Notes under the pieces: generated by a model
What the model was told of the DNA's origin: nothing
The model's input: only the letters and a program-made list of their open reading frames with translations
Databases searched by the model: none
Part shown: in pieces, positions 51,976 to 60,115 of the stretch
How positions within the stretch are numbered: position 1 is the first letter of the stretch
How the letters are laid out: each line of letters opens with the position of its first letter
NCBI GenBank assembly: GCA_021738625.1
Contig: JAIPBS010000007.1
Coordinates: forward strand, 22,100 to 86,099
Direction of reading: 5' to 3'
Origin: Bacteroidales bacterium
GTDB lineage: Bacteria; Bacteroidota; Bacteroidia; Bacteroidales; JAIOZK01
DNA: 64,000 nt
Position numbers and translations under genes: made by a program

Positions 51976-53211
51976 ATGGAAAAGATTCTAATCACCGGGA
52001 CAGCCGGCTTCATCGCTTACCACACAACCCTCAAATTCCTCTCCGAAGGATATGAAGTGGTAGGACTGGATAATATCAACGATTACTATGATATCAACCT
52101 GAAATATGGCAGGCTGGCTGAATCAGGTGTTACGGAGGATTCTGCAAGCAACTATTCGTTACAAGTTGCAAGTTCCATGTTGCAGGTAATAAGAGCAGAG
52201 AACACCCAAGCTGCAACCTGCAACTTGCAACCTGCAACTTTCAAAACCATGCAGGAATCCTCCCTCTTTGAATACGGGACCCTTTACCAAAGCAATACCT
52301 ACAAAAACTACCGCTTCATACGCCTGGCCCTGGAAGATTACGAAAGCCTGAAAGAGCTCTTTGAAAAGGAAAAATTCGACAAAGTGGTGCACCTGGCTGC
52401 ACAGGCAGGGGTACGCTACAGCCTGACCAATCCCTTTACCTATGCGGATTGTAACCTCAACGGCCACCTGAACATCATGGAAGCATGCAGGCATCATAAA
52501 GTCAAACACCTCGTCTATGCTTCCAGTTCCAGCGTTTACGGCTCCAACACAAAGATGCCTTTGTCCACCTCCGACAATGTGGATCATCCCATCAGCCTGT
52601 ACGCTGCCACCAAAAAAGCCAATGAGCTGATGTCATATACCTACAGTCATTTGTATGGCCTGCCTACAACCGGGCTGCGCTTTTTTACGGTTTACGGTCC
52701 CTGGGGCCGCCCCGATATGGCTCTTTTCCTGTTCACCAAAGCCATGCTCGAAGACAAACCCATCGACGTGTACAATCACGGTGAAATGTGGCGCGACTTT
52801 ACGTACGTGGAGGATATTGTGGAGGGAGTTTATCGTGTCACCTTTGATTCAAAAGCAATGACTTCAAAGATTTCAGATACCAAATTCCAGATACCAAATT
52901 CCGGCCCAGCTCAAAATTCAAAGTTCAAAACTCAAAACTCAATTGCCGATCCTTCAACATCAGCTCCTTTCAAGGTATATAACATCGGCAACTCCTCCCC
53001 GGTCAAGCTGCTGGATTTTATCAAAGCCATTGAAGATAAACTCGGGGTAAAGGCAAAGATGAACATGATGGACATGCAGCCGGGCGACGTTCCCAAAACC
53101 TGGGCCGATACCACCGACCTGGAAGCTGATGTGGGGTATAAACCGGATACTAGCGTGGAGGTGGGAGTTGGGAGGTTTGTGGAATGGTACAGGGAATATT
53201 ATTGTTCGTAG
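51976..53211 (+). CDS. NAD-dependent nucleotide-sugar epimerase (UDP-glucuronate 4-epimerase-like) with two in-frame simple-sequence insertions
   Basis: ITGTAGFIAYH, LAAQAGVRYS, YASSSSVYG, YAATKK, TGLRFFTVYGPWGRPDMA. Confidence 0.85.
   Translation: MEKILITGTAGFIAYHTTLKFLSEGYEVVGLDNINDYYDINLKYGRLAESGVTEDSASNYSLQVASSMLQVIRAENTQAATCNLQPATFKTMQESSLFEYGTLYQSNTYKNYRFIRLALEDYESLKELFEKEKFDKVVHLAAQAGVRYSLTNPFTYADCNLNGHLNIMEACRHHKVKHLVYASSSSVYGSNTKMPLSTSDNVDHPISLYAATKKANELMSYTYSHLYGLPTTGLRFFTVYGPWGRPDMALFLFTKAMLEDKPIDVYNHGEMWRDFTYVEDIVEGVYRVTFDSKAMTSKISDTKFQIPNSGPAQNSKFKTQNSIADPSTSAPFKVYNIGNSSPVKLLDFIKAIEDKLGVKAKMNMMDMQPGDVPKTWADTTDLEADVGYKPDTSVEVGVGRFVEWYREYYCS
52158..52238. repeat. 81-nt heptamer inverted repeat inside the epimerase CDS
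   Basis: Left arm GTTACAAGTTGCAAGTTCCATGTTGCAGGT versus right arm AGCTGCAACCTGCAACTTGCAACCTGCAAC (25/30 complementary) with a 21-nt loop. Confidence 0.8.
52884..52954. repeat. Second in-frame heptamer tract in the epimerase CDS
   Basis: CAGATAC-CAAATTC twice, then CTCAAAA/TTCAAAG/TTCAAAA/CTCAAAA/CTCAATT. Both parts are C/A-rich. Confidence 0.7.
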
Positions 53212-53234
53212 TTGGTTGTTGGTAGTTGGTAGTG
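53203..53234. repeat. Left arm of cassette 2 (GTTGGTT/GTTGGTA heptamers)
   Basis: Overlaps the last codons and the stop of the epimerase gene. Confidence 0.75.
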
Positions 53235-53251
53235 TGTCATAACAAATTATT

Positions 53252-53624
53252 GTGGAAAAATCTGATTTTGAAAATTTAGAAGTATGGCAAAAAGGAATGA
53301 CCTTAGCTGAGTTTTGCCTTGATTTAACTAATAGACTATCAAATCAGAAAAAACATTACAGATTAATCGAACAACTTGAGAGTTCTTCGATGGGTATTCC
53401 ACAAAATATTGCTGAAGGTAAAGGCCGTTTTTCAAAAAAATGAATTTTTACAGTTCTTATATTATGCCAGAGGATCATTATATGAAACTATAACCATAAT
53501 AATCATCTTTTATCGAAAGGAATGGATAAACCAAGATGAGCATGCTTCATTCAGAGTAATGTCGAATGAATTAAGTATAAAATTAAATGCATTAATTAAC
53601 AGTATTAAAAGAGGCATGAAATAA
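53252..53624 (+). pseudogene. Frameshifted four-helix-bundle gene, cassette 2
   Basis: GTG start. FENLEVWQKG...IPQNIAEGKGRFSKK then TGA. The family continues in the +1 frame (EFLQFLYYARGSLYET...). The shift lies at the A7 run 53434-53440. Confidence 0.7.
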
Positions 53625-53710
53625 ATAAATAGTTGATTGCTTATTGCAGGTATTCAAGAAGAAAATTCTAAATATATTTTAAAAACAAATAGTTAACATA
53701 AGCCACAAAC

Positions 53711-53737
53711 CTGCTACGAGCAACGAACAACGAACTA
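53711..53737. repeat. Right arm of cassette 2 (CTACGAG/CAACGAA heptamers)
   Basis: About 22/29 complementary (counting G-U pairs) to 53203-53234. Ends 5 nt before the cysD ATG. Confidence 0.6.
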
Positions 53738-53742
53738 ATATT

Positions 53743-54651
53743 ATGAATCAATACAAACTAAACAACCTCCGCGAACTCGAGGCCGAAAGCATCCACATCA
53801 TCCGCGAGGTGGCTGCCGAATTTGAAAATCCCGTGATGCTCTATTCCATCGGGAAAGATTCATCGGTGATGGTACGCCTGGCCGAAAAAGCCTTTCATCC
53901 CGGTAAAGTGCCTTTTCCGTTGATGCACATCGACTCCAAATGGAAGTTCAGGGAAATGACGGCCTTTCGCGACAGGTATGCCAAAGAAAACAACTGGGAC
54001 CTGATCGTGCATTACAATAAAAAGGGTTTTGAGGAAGGCGTCGGGCCGTTCACCCACGGCAGCAAAGTACATACCGACATCATGAAAACCCAGGCCCTGC
54101 TGGAAGGGCTTACCAAATACGGCTTTGATGCAGCCTTCGGGGGCGCCCGCCGCGACGAGGAGAAATCACGCGCCAAAGAGCGGGTCTTTTCTTTTCGCGA
54201 CCGTTATCATCAATGGGATCCCAAGAATCAGCGTCCGGAGCTGTGGAATATTTATAATGCACGGGTCCATAAAGGTGAATCCATTCGCGTGTTCCCGCTC
54301 AGCAACTGGACCGAGCTGGACATCTGGCAGTACATCCGCCTGGAGGAAATCCCCATCGTGCCCCTGTATTTTGCAAAGGAAAGACCCATCGTGGAATGGA
54401 GCAACGCCCTTATTCTGGTTGACGACGAACGCATGCCCAAAGAGCTGGCTGATACTGCCAAAATGCGCAAGGTGCGCTTCCGCACGCTCGGTTGTTATCC
54501 CCTCACCGGTGCAGTTGAATCTGAAGCCGATACCGTTGAAAAGATCGTGGAAGAAATGATGACAGTGACCAAATCGGAAAGAACCACCAGGGTGATCGAC
54601 TTCGACCAGGAAGCGAGTATGGAGCAGAAGAAACGGGAAGGGTATTTTTAG
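53743..54651 (+). CDS. cysD: Sulfate adenylyltransferase subunit 2
   Basis: PAPS-reductase-fold N-terminus ([11 protein letters not shown]). High overall CysD-like pattern, ending ...EQKKREGYF. Confidence 0.95.
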   Translation: MNQYKLNNLRELEAESIHIIREVAAEFENPVMLYSIGKDSSVMVRLAEKAFHPGKVPFPLMHIDSKWKFREMTAFRDRYAKENNWDLIVHYNKKGFEEGVGPFTHGSKVHTDIMKTQALLEGLTKYGFDAAFGGARRDEEKSRAKERVFSFRDRYHQWDPKNQRPELWNIYNARVHKGESIRVFPLSNWTELDIWQYIRLEEIPIVPLYFAKERPIVEWSNALILVDDERMPKELADTAKMRKVRFRTLGCYPLTGAVESEADTVEKIVEEMMTVTKSERTTRVIDFDQEASMEQKKREGYF

Positions 54652-54865
54652 GTTCAGAAGCTGAGAGGTTCAGAGGTTCAGAAGCTGAGAGGTTCAGAGG
54701 TTCAGAAGCTGAGAGGTTCAGAGGTTCAGAAGCTGAGAGGTTCAGAGGTTCAGAAACTGAGAGGTTCAGAGGTTCAGAAGCTGAGAGGTTCAGAGGTTCA
54801 GAAGCTGAGAAGTTCAGAGGTTCAGAAGCTGAGAGGTTCAGAGGTTTAAAAGTTCAAAGGCTTAG
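54651..54865. repeat. Left arm of cassette 3: 8 copies of a 24-bp unit (octamers GGTTCAGA/AGCTGAGA/GGTTCAGA) plus a degenerate copy
   Basis: The period-24 register was verified at 54651, 54675, 54699, 54723, 54747, 54771, 54795 and 54819. The array starts on the last base of the cysD stop codon. Confidence 0.95.
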
Positions 54866-54870
54866 TAGAA

Positions 54871-55233
54871 ATGGCGACTCATGAAACACTGGATATCTGG
54901 AAAATGTCTATTGATCTTGTTGAATTGATTTATAAATTGACCAGGCAGTTTCCAACCGAAGAAAAATATGGCCTTACAAATCAAATCAGAAGATGTGCTG
55001 TCTCAATTCCATCTAATATTGCTGAAGGTTCTGCAAGACAGACAGACAAAGAAAATTTACAGTTTCTATACATTGCATTGGGTTCAGTGGCTGAACTCGA
55101 AACTCAGTTGATCATTGCCAGGCGACTGAATTATATTCAGGATGATTCTATTTTAACTCAGACCAAAATGATCAAAGCCAAAATGATCAATTATATGAAA
55201 TACCTTAAATCATTAAAAAACAAAAACCGGTAG
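54871..55233 (+). CDS. Four-helix-bundle protein (23S rRNA IVS protein / Avd family), cassette 3, intact
   Basis: [10 protein letters not shown]...[27 protein letters not shown]...[19 protein letters not shown]. Confidence 0.85.
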   Translation: MATHETLDIWKMSIDLVELIYKLTRQFPTEEKYGLTNQIRRCAVSIPSNIAEGSARQTDKENLQFLYIALGSVAELETQLIIARRLNYIQDDSILTQTKMIKAKMINYMKYLKSLKNKNR

Positions 55234-55295
55234 TCATTCAAATACAATAGATTCTCAAAGTATTTAATAAATCGCTCAACTCTTAAACCATTGAG

Positions 55296-55440
55296 CATTT
55301 GAACCTCTGAACCTCTGAACATTTGAACCTCTGAACATTTGAACCTCTGAACATTTGAACCTCTGAACATTTGAACCTCTGAACATTTGAACCTCTGAAC
55401 TTCTGAACCTTTAAACTTCTGAACCTTTAAGCATTTAAAC
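55296..55440. repeat. Right arm of cassette 3: octamer array (CATTTGAA/CCTCTGAA, 16-bp unit)
   Basis: Its reverse complement (TTCAGAGG-TTCAAATG)n shares GTTCAGAGGTTCA with each left-arm unit. Confidence 0.9.
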
Positions 55441-55457
55441 CAACTACCAACTACCAA
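55439..55457. repeat. CCAACTA heptamer tract directly upstream of cysN, complementary to the cassette-2 left arm
   Basis: The reverse complement TTGGTAGTTGGTAGT matches 15/15 within 53218-53233. Confidence 0.7.
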
Positions 55458-55460
55458 AAT

Positions 55461-57365
55461 ATGGACATAAAAGAATTTCTTGATCAAGATCAAAAGAAAG
55501 ACCTGCTCAGGTTATTAACCGCAGGCTCAGTTGACGATGGTAAGAGTACATTAATCGGTCGTTTGCTTTTCGATAGCAAAAAACTCTACGAAGACCACCT
55601 GGCCGCCCTCGAACGCGACAGCAAACGCGAAGGCCACGCCGGAGGTGAAATAGATTATGCCCTGCTGTTGGACGGCCTGAAAGCCGAACGCGAACAGGGC
55701 ATCACCATCGATGTGGCCTATCGCTATTTTTCCACCAATAAAAGAAAGTTCATCATAGCCGATACCCCCGGCCATGAACAATACACCCGCAACATGATCA
55801 CAGGCGGTTCCACGGCCAACCTTGCCATCCTATTGGTGGACGCCCGCCACGGCGTGATCACACAAACCAAAAGGCATACCTTCCTGGTTAGCCTGCTGGG
55901 CATAAAGCATGTGGTGGTGGCCATCAATAAAATGGATTTGGTGGACTATAGCAAGGAGGTGTATGATAAGATCGTGGAGGATTACAAAAGTTTTGTGACT
56001 TCACTCGGTATCCCCGACATCAATTTCATACCGCTTTCCGCACTCAAAGGCGACAACGTGGTTGACCTTTCGGAACGAATGCCCTGGTACCATGGCACAA
56101 GCATGCTGGAGTTCCTGGAAACGGTGCACGTAACCTCCGATAAAAACTTTGAAGACCTGCGCTACCCGGTTCAGTATGTGATCCGCCCCGACCTCAAATA
56201 CAGAGGATTCGCCGGCAGGATGGCTTCCGGCATCCTCCGCAAGGGAGACGAAGTGATGGTGTTGCCTTCCCGACAGAAGGCCTTTGTGAAAAGCATAGAT
56301 ACCTATAACGGGGAGCTGGCCTATGCTTTCCCTCCGCAATCCGTAACCGTTGCGCTCGACAGGGAAATAGACGTTTCCCGCGGTGAAATGCTGGTGCCCC
56401 CCAACAACATCCCGCGCATCGAACGGCACTTTGAAGCCATGCTGGTGTGGATGGATGAAAAACCCATGGATCCCTACACCCAGTTCTACATCAAGCAAAC
56501 CACCAACAACACCAAGGCGCGCATCGACAAGCTCCGTTTTAAGATCGATGTGAACACCCTGGAAAAATCCCAAGCCGATCACTTCGAGCTGAACGAGATC
56601 GGAAGGGTAGTGATGACCACGGTTAAACCGCTGTTCTTCGATCCCTATAAAAAGAATCACAATACCGGTTCGTTCGTGTTGATCGATCCCATCACCCACA
56701 ATACCGTGGCCGTGGGAATGATCCTGGACAAGGTTTCCGGTGATCACTATTCACGACTCACCCTTCACGATTCACAAAAGATCGTGAAAGGGGAATCCCT
56801 GATAAGTGAAAAGGAACGTCAAAAAAGATACAACCAGAAAGGCTCGACTCTTTGGATCACGGGATTGCACGGAAGCGGCAAAAACGAACTGGCCTATTCT
56901 CTCGAGAAACGTTTGTTCGAAATGGGCGCCACGGTGGTGCTGCTCGACGGCAAATCGGTGCGCTCGGGGCTGAGCCGCGAACTCGACTTTTCTCCCGCCG
57001 ACCGGGCAGAGCACCTCAGAAGGGTGGCGCACATCTGTAAGCTGCTCAACGATCAGGGTGTCATCACCATTTGCTCCTTCGTGTCACCTGACGAAAATAC
57101 ACGCACCCAGGTTGCTGAGATCATCGGTGAAAACCGCTTCAAACTTATTCATCTGGATGCAGACATCGAATTTGCCAAAAAGAACGACAAATACGGCCTG
57201 TATAAAATGGCTGAAAACGCTGAGCTCAAACATATGCCCGGCATCGACGATCGCTACGAAGAACCCCAATCCGCAGACATCACAATCAAAGCGGAAGACG
57301 ACGGGAAGAACGTGGAAGGAATATTGGAGAAGCTGGCGGAGTGGAAGATTTTCCCCAGGGAGTGA
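55461..57365 (+). CDS. cysN: Sulfate adenylyltransferase subunit 1 (GTPase) fused to a degenerate APS-kinase-like domain
   Basis: [18 protein letters not shown]. The C-terminal domain from 56841 has GLHGSGKNE and LDGKSVR in place of GLSGSGKST and LDGDNVR. Confidence 0.9.
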   Translation: MDIKEFLDQDQKKDLLRLLTAGSVDDGKSTLIGRLLFDSKKLYEDHLAALERDSKREGHAGGEIDYALLLDGLKAEREQGITIDVAYRYFSTNKRKFIIADTPGHEQYTRNMITGGSTANLAILLVDARHGVITQTKRHTFLVSLLGIKHVVVAINKMDLVDYSKEVYDKIVEDYKSFVTSLGIPDINFIPLSALKGDNVVDLSERMPWYHGTSMLEFLETVHVTSDKNFEDLRYPVQYVIRPDLKYRGFAGRMASGILRKGDEVMVLPSRQKAFVKSIDTYNGELAYAFPPQSVTVALDREIDVSRGEMLVPPNNIPRIERHFEAMLVWMDEKPMDPYTQFYIKQTTNNTKARIDKLRFKIDVNTLEKSQADHFELNEIGRVVMTTVKPLFFDPYKKNHNTGSFVLIDPITHNTVAVGMILDKVSGDHYSRLTLHDSQKIVKGESLISEKERQKRYNQKGSTLWITGLHGSGKNELAYSLEKRLFEMGATVVLLDGKSVRSGLSRELDFSPADRAEHLRRVAHICKLLNDQGVITICSFVSPDENTRTQVAEIIGENRFKLIHLDADIEFAKKNDKYGLYKMAENAELKHMPGIDDRYEEPQSADITIKAEDDGKNVEGILEKLAEWKIFPRE

Positions 57366-57382
57366 GATGGTTGCAAGCAGGA

Positions 57383-57487
57383 GTGTATGGATGTATGATT
57401 GTATGAATGCATGGATGTATGATTGTATAAATGCATGGATGTATGAATGCATGGATGTATGAATGTATGAATGATGCATGATTGTGG
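57383..57487. repeat. Left arm of cassette 4 (GTATGGAT/GTATGATT/GTATGAAT/GCATGGAT octamers)
   Basis: Begins 18 nt after the cysN stop. Period is 8 nt. Confidence 0.9.
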
Positions 57488-57515
57488 GAATACAATGCAA
57501 TCAATCATTTTTTAA

Positions 57516-57968
57516 ATGAATGAGGAACTTATCAATAGAAATCGGAATATTAACAGAGGTTTTCGTAAGCTAATTGTTTGGCAGGAAGCTATCAATTTTT
57601 ATGCATTTATTAGCAAGCAACTAACCCTCATGATAGATATTTCATTCAAGGTAAAAGGGCAGGTAGATGCATCCGCTTTTTCGGTTCATTCCAATATTGC
57701 GGAAGGGTATGCAAGAAGATCATTAAAAGATATTATTAACTTTAATAATTATGCGCTTGGATCCCTTGCTGAAAACTACAGTCAAATATATGCGCTTTTT
57801 ACTGCTGAAAAGATTGATAAAGAGTGGTTTGATAACTTTGACAAAGTCCATTATTCTTTAGAGAACAAACTTTTAGCCTACAACAAATCATTGTTGAAGA
57901 AACTTAAAAACAAGGATGAATGGTTTGATGATTACACTGCCAGGGAAGATGATATAACTTATGAATGA
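57516..57968 (+). CDS. Four-helix-bundle protein, divergent member, cassette 4, intact
   Basis: FRKLIVWQEAINF...SVHSNIAEGYARRS...ALGSLAENYSQ. Confidence 0.7.
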   Translation: MNEELINRNRNINRGFRKLIVWQEAINFYAFISKQLTLMIDISFKVKGQVDASAFSVHSNIAEGYARRSLKDIINFNNYALGSLAENYSQIYALFTAEKIDKEWFDNFDKVHYSLENKLLAYNKSLLKKLKNKDEWFDDYTAREDDITYE

Positions 57969-57976
57969 AGGTCCCA

Positions 57977-58042
57977 ATGCATACAACCATACAATCATAC
58001 AATCATACAACCATACATCCATACATCCATATAGTCATACAT
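57977..58042. repeat. Right arm of cassette 4 (CCATACAA/TCATACAA/CCATACAT octamers)
   Basis: Its reverse complement contains TGGATGTATGG and GTATGATTGTATG, as in the left arm. Ends 8 nt before the permease ATG. Confidence 0.9.
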
Positions 58043-58050
58043 TAAATTAA

Positions 58051-59841
58051 ATGTCTGCTGATCAGATAGTCGTCCTCCTCGTCCTCCTCTTCATCATCCT
58101 CTCCCTTTACTTTAACTGGGTAGGGCCGGGATTTACTTTCACCATCGGGGTGGTGGTGCTGGGGATATTCGATGTGCTGACACCGTCGGAGATCCTGAGG
58201 GGTTTTTCCAATGAGCAGATCGCCGTGATCGTTTTGTTGCTGATCATAGGCGATACCATCCGACGATCGGCTATGCTGGATGTTGTGTTTGGGAAATATT
58301 TCAAGGACAGGCTCTCGCACAAAGGCTACCTCTTCAGGATGACCACCCTGGTGGCTACCTTTTCGGCTTTCCTGAACAATACCCCCCTGGTGGCCATCCT
58401 CATGCCGCATGTACATGCCTGGGGCAAGAAAAACAAGATCAACCCGTCCAAGCTGCTGATCCCCCTGTCTTTTGCCGCCATCCTGGGCGGATGCCTTACC
58501 CTGATCGGGACCTCCACCAACCTGGTGGTAAACGGACTGGTGGAAGAGCAAAACATCTTTACGGATTTCAAATCCCTCAACATCTTCGACTTTACCCCGG
58601 TGGGGCTGCCCATGGCGGTTATCGGGATCGTTTACCTGGTATTCTTCAGCAAAAAGCTGTTGCCCGAAAGAGAAGACGTGCTGGAAGACTTTACCAAAAA
58701 ACAAAGGGAATACATGGTGGAGGTGCGTGTGAAAACGGCTTCCAAGCTGCATGGCAGGAGCATAGAAGAAGCCGGCCTGCGGAGCCTGCCCGGCCTGTTC
58801 CTGGTGGAGATCGTGCGCAATCAGATCGCCCTGGCGGCTGTATCCCCGCAAACCAAAATATTTGAAGAAGACATCCTGCACTTTGCCGGTGAAACCGAGA
58901 CCATCGCTGAACTGATCAACGAGAAAAACGGCCTGCAACTCGCCCAGATGGGCATGTTCAGCAAGAAGAAACATACCGAACTGCTCGAGGTGGTGGTATC
59001 CTATAACTCCACCCTTATCGGAAAGCTGGTCAAAGACAGTAACTTCCGGGCGCGTTTCGACGCTGCCATCATCGCCATCCACCGCAACGGCGAAAAGATC
59101 ACCGGCAAGATAGGGGATGTAAAGCTGATGGCCGGCGACGTATTATTGCTTATCGCCGGTGACGACTTCAAAAACCATTACAAAGAAACCAACGAGTTTT
59201 ACCTGATCAGCAAAGTGCGCGATTTCCGCAAACCCAATGTATTCAACAACTACTTCCTGATCGGGGGAACCATACTGGCCATTTTGCTTTCGGCTTTCAA
59301 GCTCATAAGCCTGTTTCTGGCCCTGATCATATTGTTGTCACTGATCATGATCTTTAAGATCACATCGCCCAAAAGCGTGGCCAAAAGCATCGACTTCAAC
59401 CTGATCATCGTCATTGCCCTGGCCCTGTCGCTGGGCACGGCCATGATCAAAACCGGCGTGGCCGGCCAAATGGCGCATTTCACCTTTGAAGTCCTTAAGC
59501 CTTTCGGCATTATCGGCATCATGGCAGGCATCTATGCCATCACCACCCTGTTGGGCGCCCTCATCACAAACAAGGCCGCTGTGGCGCTCATTCTGCCCGT
59601 AGCACTCACCCTGGCCCTGGAGATGAACCTCGATCCCAGGCCCTTTGCCCTGCTGGTCGCCTTTGCCGGCGCCGCCAGCTTCCTCACGCCCATCGGCTAC
59701 CAGACCAACCTCATGGTATACGGTCCGGGCGGCTACAACTTCCGCGACTTCCTGCGCATTGGAACACCACTGACGGTGATCTACCTGCTGGGGACGGTGT
59801 TGATTTTGGTGTGGCAGTTTGGGTTGGTGCGTCGTTGGTAG
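58051..59841 (+). CDS. SLC13/DASS-family anion permease with two central TrkA-C (RCK_C) domains. Likely a sulfate transporter by context.
   Basis: Polytopic N- and C-terminal halves with two cytoplasmic RCK_C-like segments (EVRVKTASKLHGRSIEE..., VVVSYNSTLIGKLVKD...). Confidence 0.8.
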   Translation: MSADQIVVLLVLLFIILSLYFNWVGPGFTFTIGVVVLGIFDVLTPSEILRGFSNEQIAVIVLLLIIGDTIRRSAMLDVVFGKYFKDRLSHKGYLFRMTTLVATFSAFLNNTPLVAILMPHVHAWGKKNKINPSKLLIPLSFAAILGGCLTLIGTSTNLVVNGLVEEQNIFTDFKSLNIFDFTPVGLPMAVIGIVYLVFFSKKLLPEREDVLEDFTKKQREYMVEVRVKTASKLHGRSIEEAGLRSLPGLFLVEIVRNQIALAAVSPQTKIFEEDILHFAGETETIAELINEKNGLQLAQMGMFSKKKHTELLEVVVSYNSTLIGKLVKDSNFRARFDAAIIAIHRNGEKITGKIGDVKLMAGDVLLLIAGDDFKNHYKETNEFYLISKVRDFRKPNVFNNYFLIGGTILAILLSAFKLISLFLALIILLSLIMIFKITSPKSVAKSIDFNLIIVIALALSLGTAMIKTGVAGQMAHFTFEVLKPFGIIGIMAGIYAITTLLGALITNKAAVALILPVALTLALEMNLDPRPFALLVAFAGAASFLTPIGYQTNLMVYGPGGYNFRDFLRIGTPLTVIYLLGTVLILVWQFGLVRRW

Positions 59842-59892
59842 TCATTTGCTTCGCGTAATTAATAGTTGTTTGCTTGCGTAATTGTTATTGTC
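59841..59892. repeat. Left arm of cassette 5 (two copies of TTTGCTTSGCGTAATT)
   Basis: Starts on the last base of the permease stop codon. T/G-rich. Confidence 0.6.
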
Positions 59893-59914
59893 AATTAACC
59901 AAAACTTAATAAGA

Positions 59915-60115
59915 GTGAAACTTGAAGATTTTAAGGTATATAATCTGGCCATGGAACTGGGCGAAGTGATTTATGAGATTGTAATAAAATGGGATTATTT
60001 TCATAAGGATACCATGGGAAAACAATTGGTTCGTGCAGCCGACTCGGTGGCTTCAAACCTGAGTGAGGGGATCGGAAGATATCATTATAAGTTGATCCGC
60101 ATTTCAACAAATTGA
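59915..60115 (+). pseudogene. 3'-truncated four-helix-bundle gene, cassette 5
   Basis: GTG start. LEDFKVYNLAMELGEVIY...GKQLVRAADSVASNLSEGIGRYHYK then runs out of the family into the right arm and stops. Only helices 1-2 are present. Confidence 0.55.

Noticed and set aside
54651-55440. The tandem repeats flanking 54871-55233 as a CRISPR array.
   Set aside because: The repeats are contiguous 8/16/24-bp units with no unique spacers. No cas genes are present. The two arrays are complementary to each other rather than direct.
55191-55493. ORFs that read through the repeat arrays (55191-55493 minus, 57084-57500 minus, 57254-57508, 57286-57504, 57058-57462, 62151-62333).
   Set aside because: Their translations are just the periodic repeat words (FKCSEVQMFRGSEVQ..., HAFIQSYIHAFIQSYIH...). 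They have no start context and overlap real genes or arms.
51437-58042. The cassettes as true 23S rRNA intervening sequences.
   Set aside because: There is no rRNA sequence anywhere in the window. The flanks are protein-coding genes of one operon. Only the architecture is IVS-like.
58042-59082. Long antisense ORFs opposite well-supported genes: 346 aa here, plus 56001-56747, 47633-48523, 50297-51070, 59931-60713, 19494-20492, 35462-35992 and 18180-18611.
   Set aside because: Each lies entirely inside a gene with strong family motifs on the other strand. They have low-complexity, Gly/His/Val/Phe-rich composition and no recognisable motifs. They are typical shadow ORFs.
51696-60115. The four-helix-bundle (Avd-like) genes as part of a diversity-generating retroelement.
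   Set aside because: The window has no reverse transcriptase, no template/variable repeat pair with adenine-specific differences, and no target gene with a C-type lectin fold.
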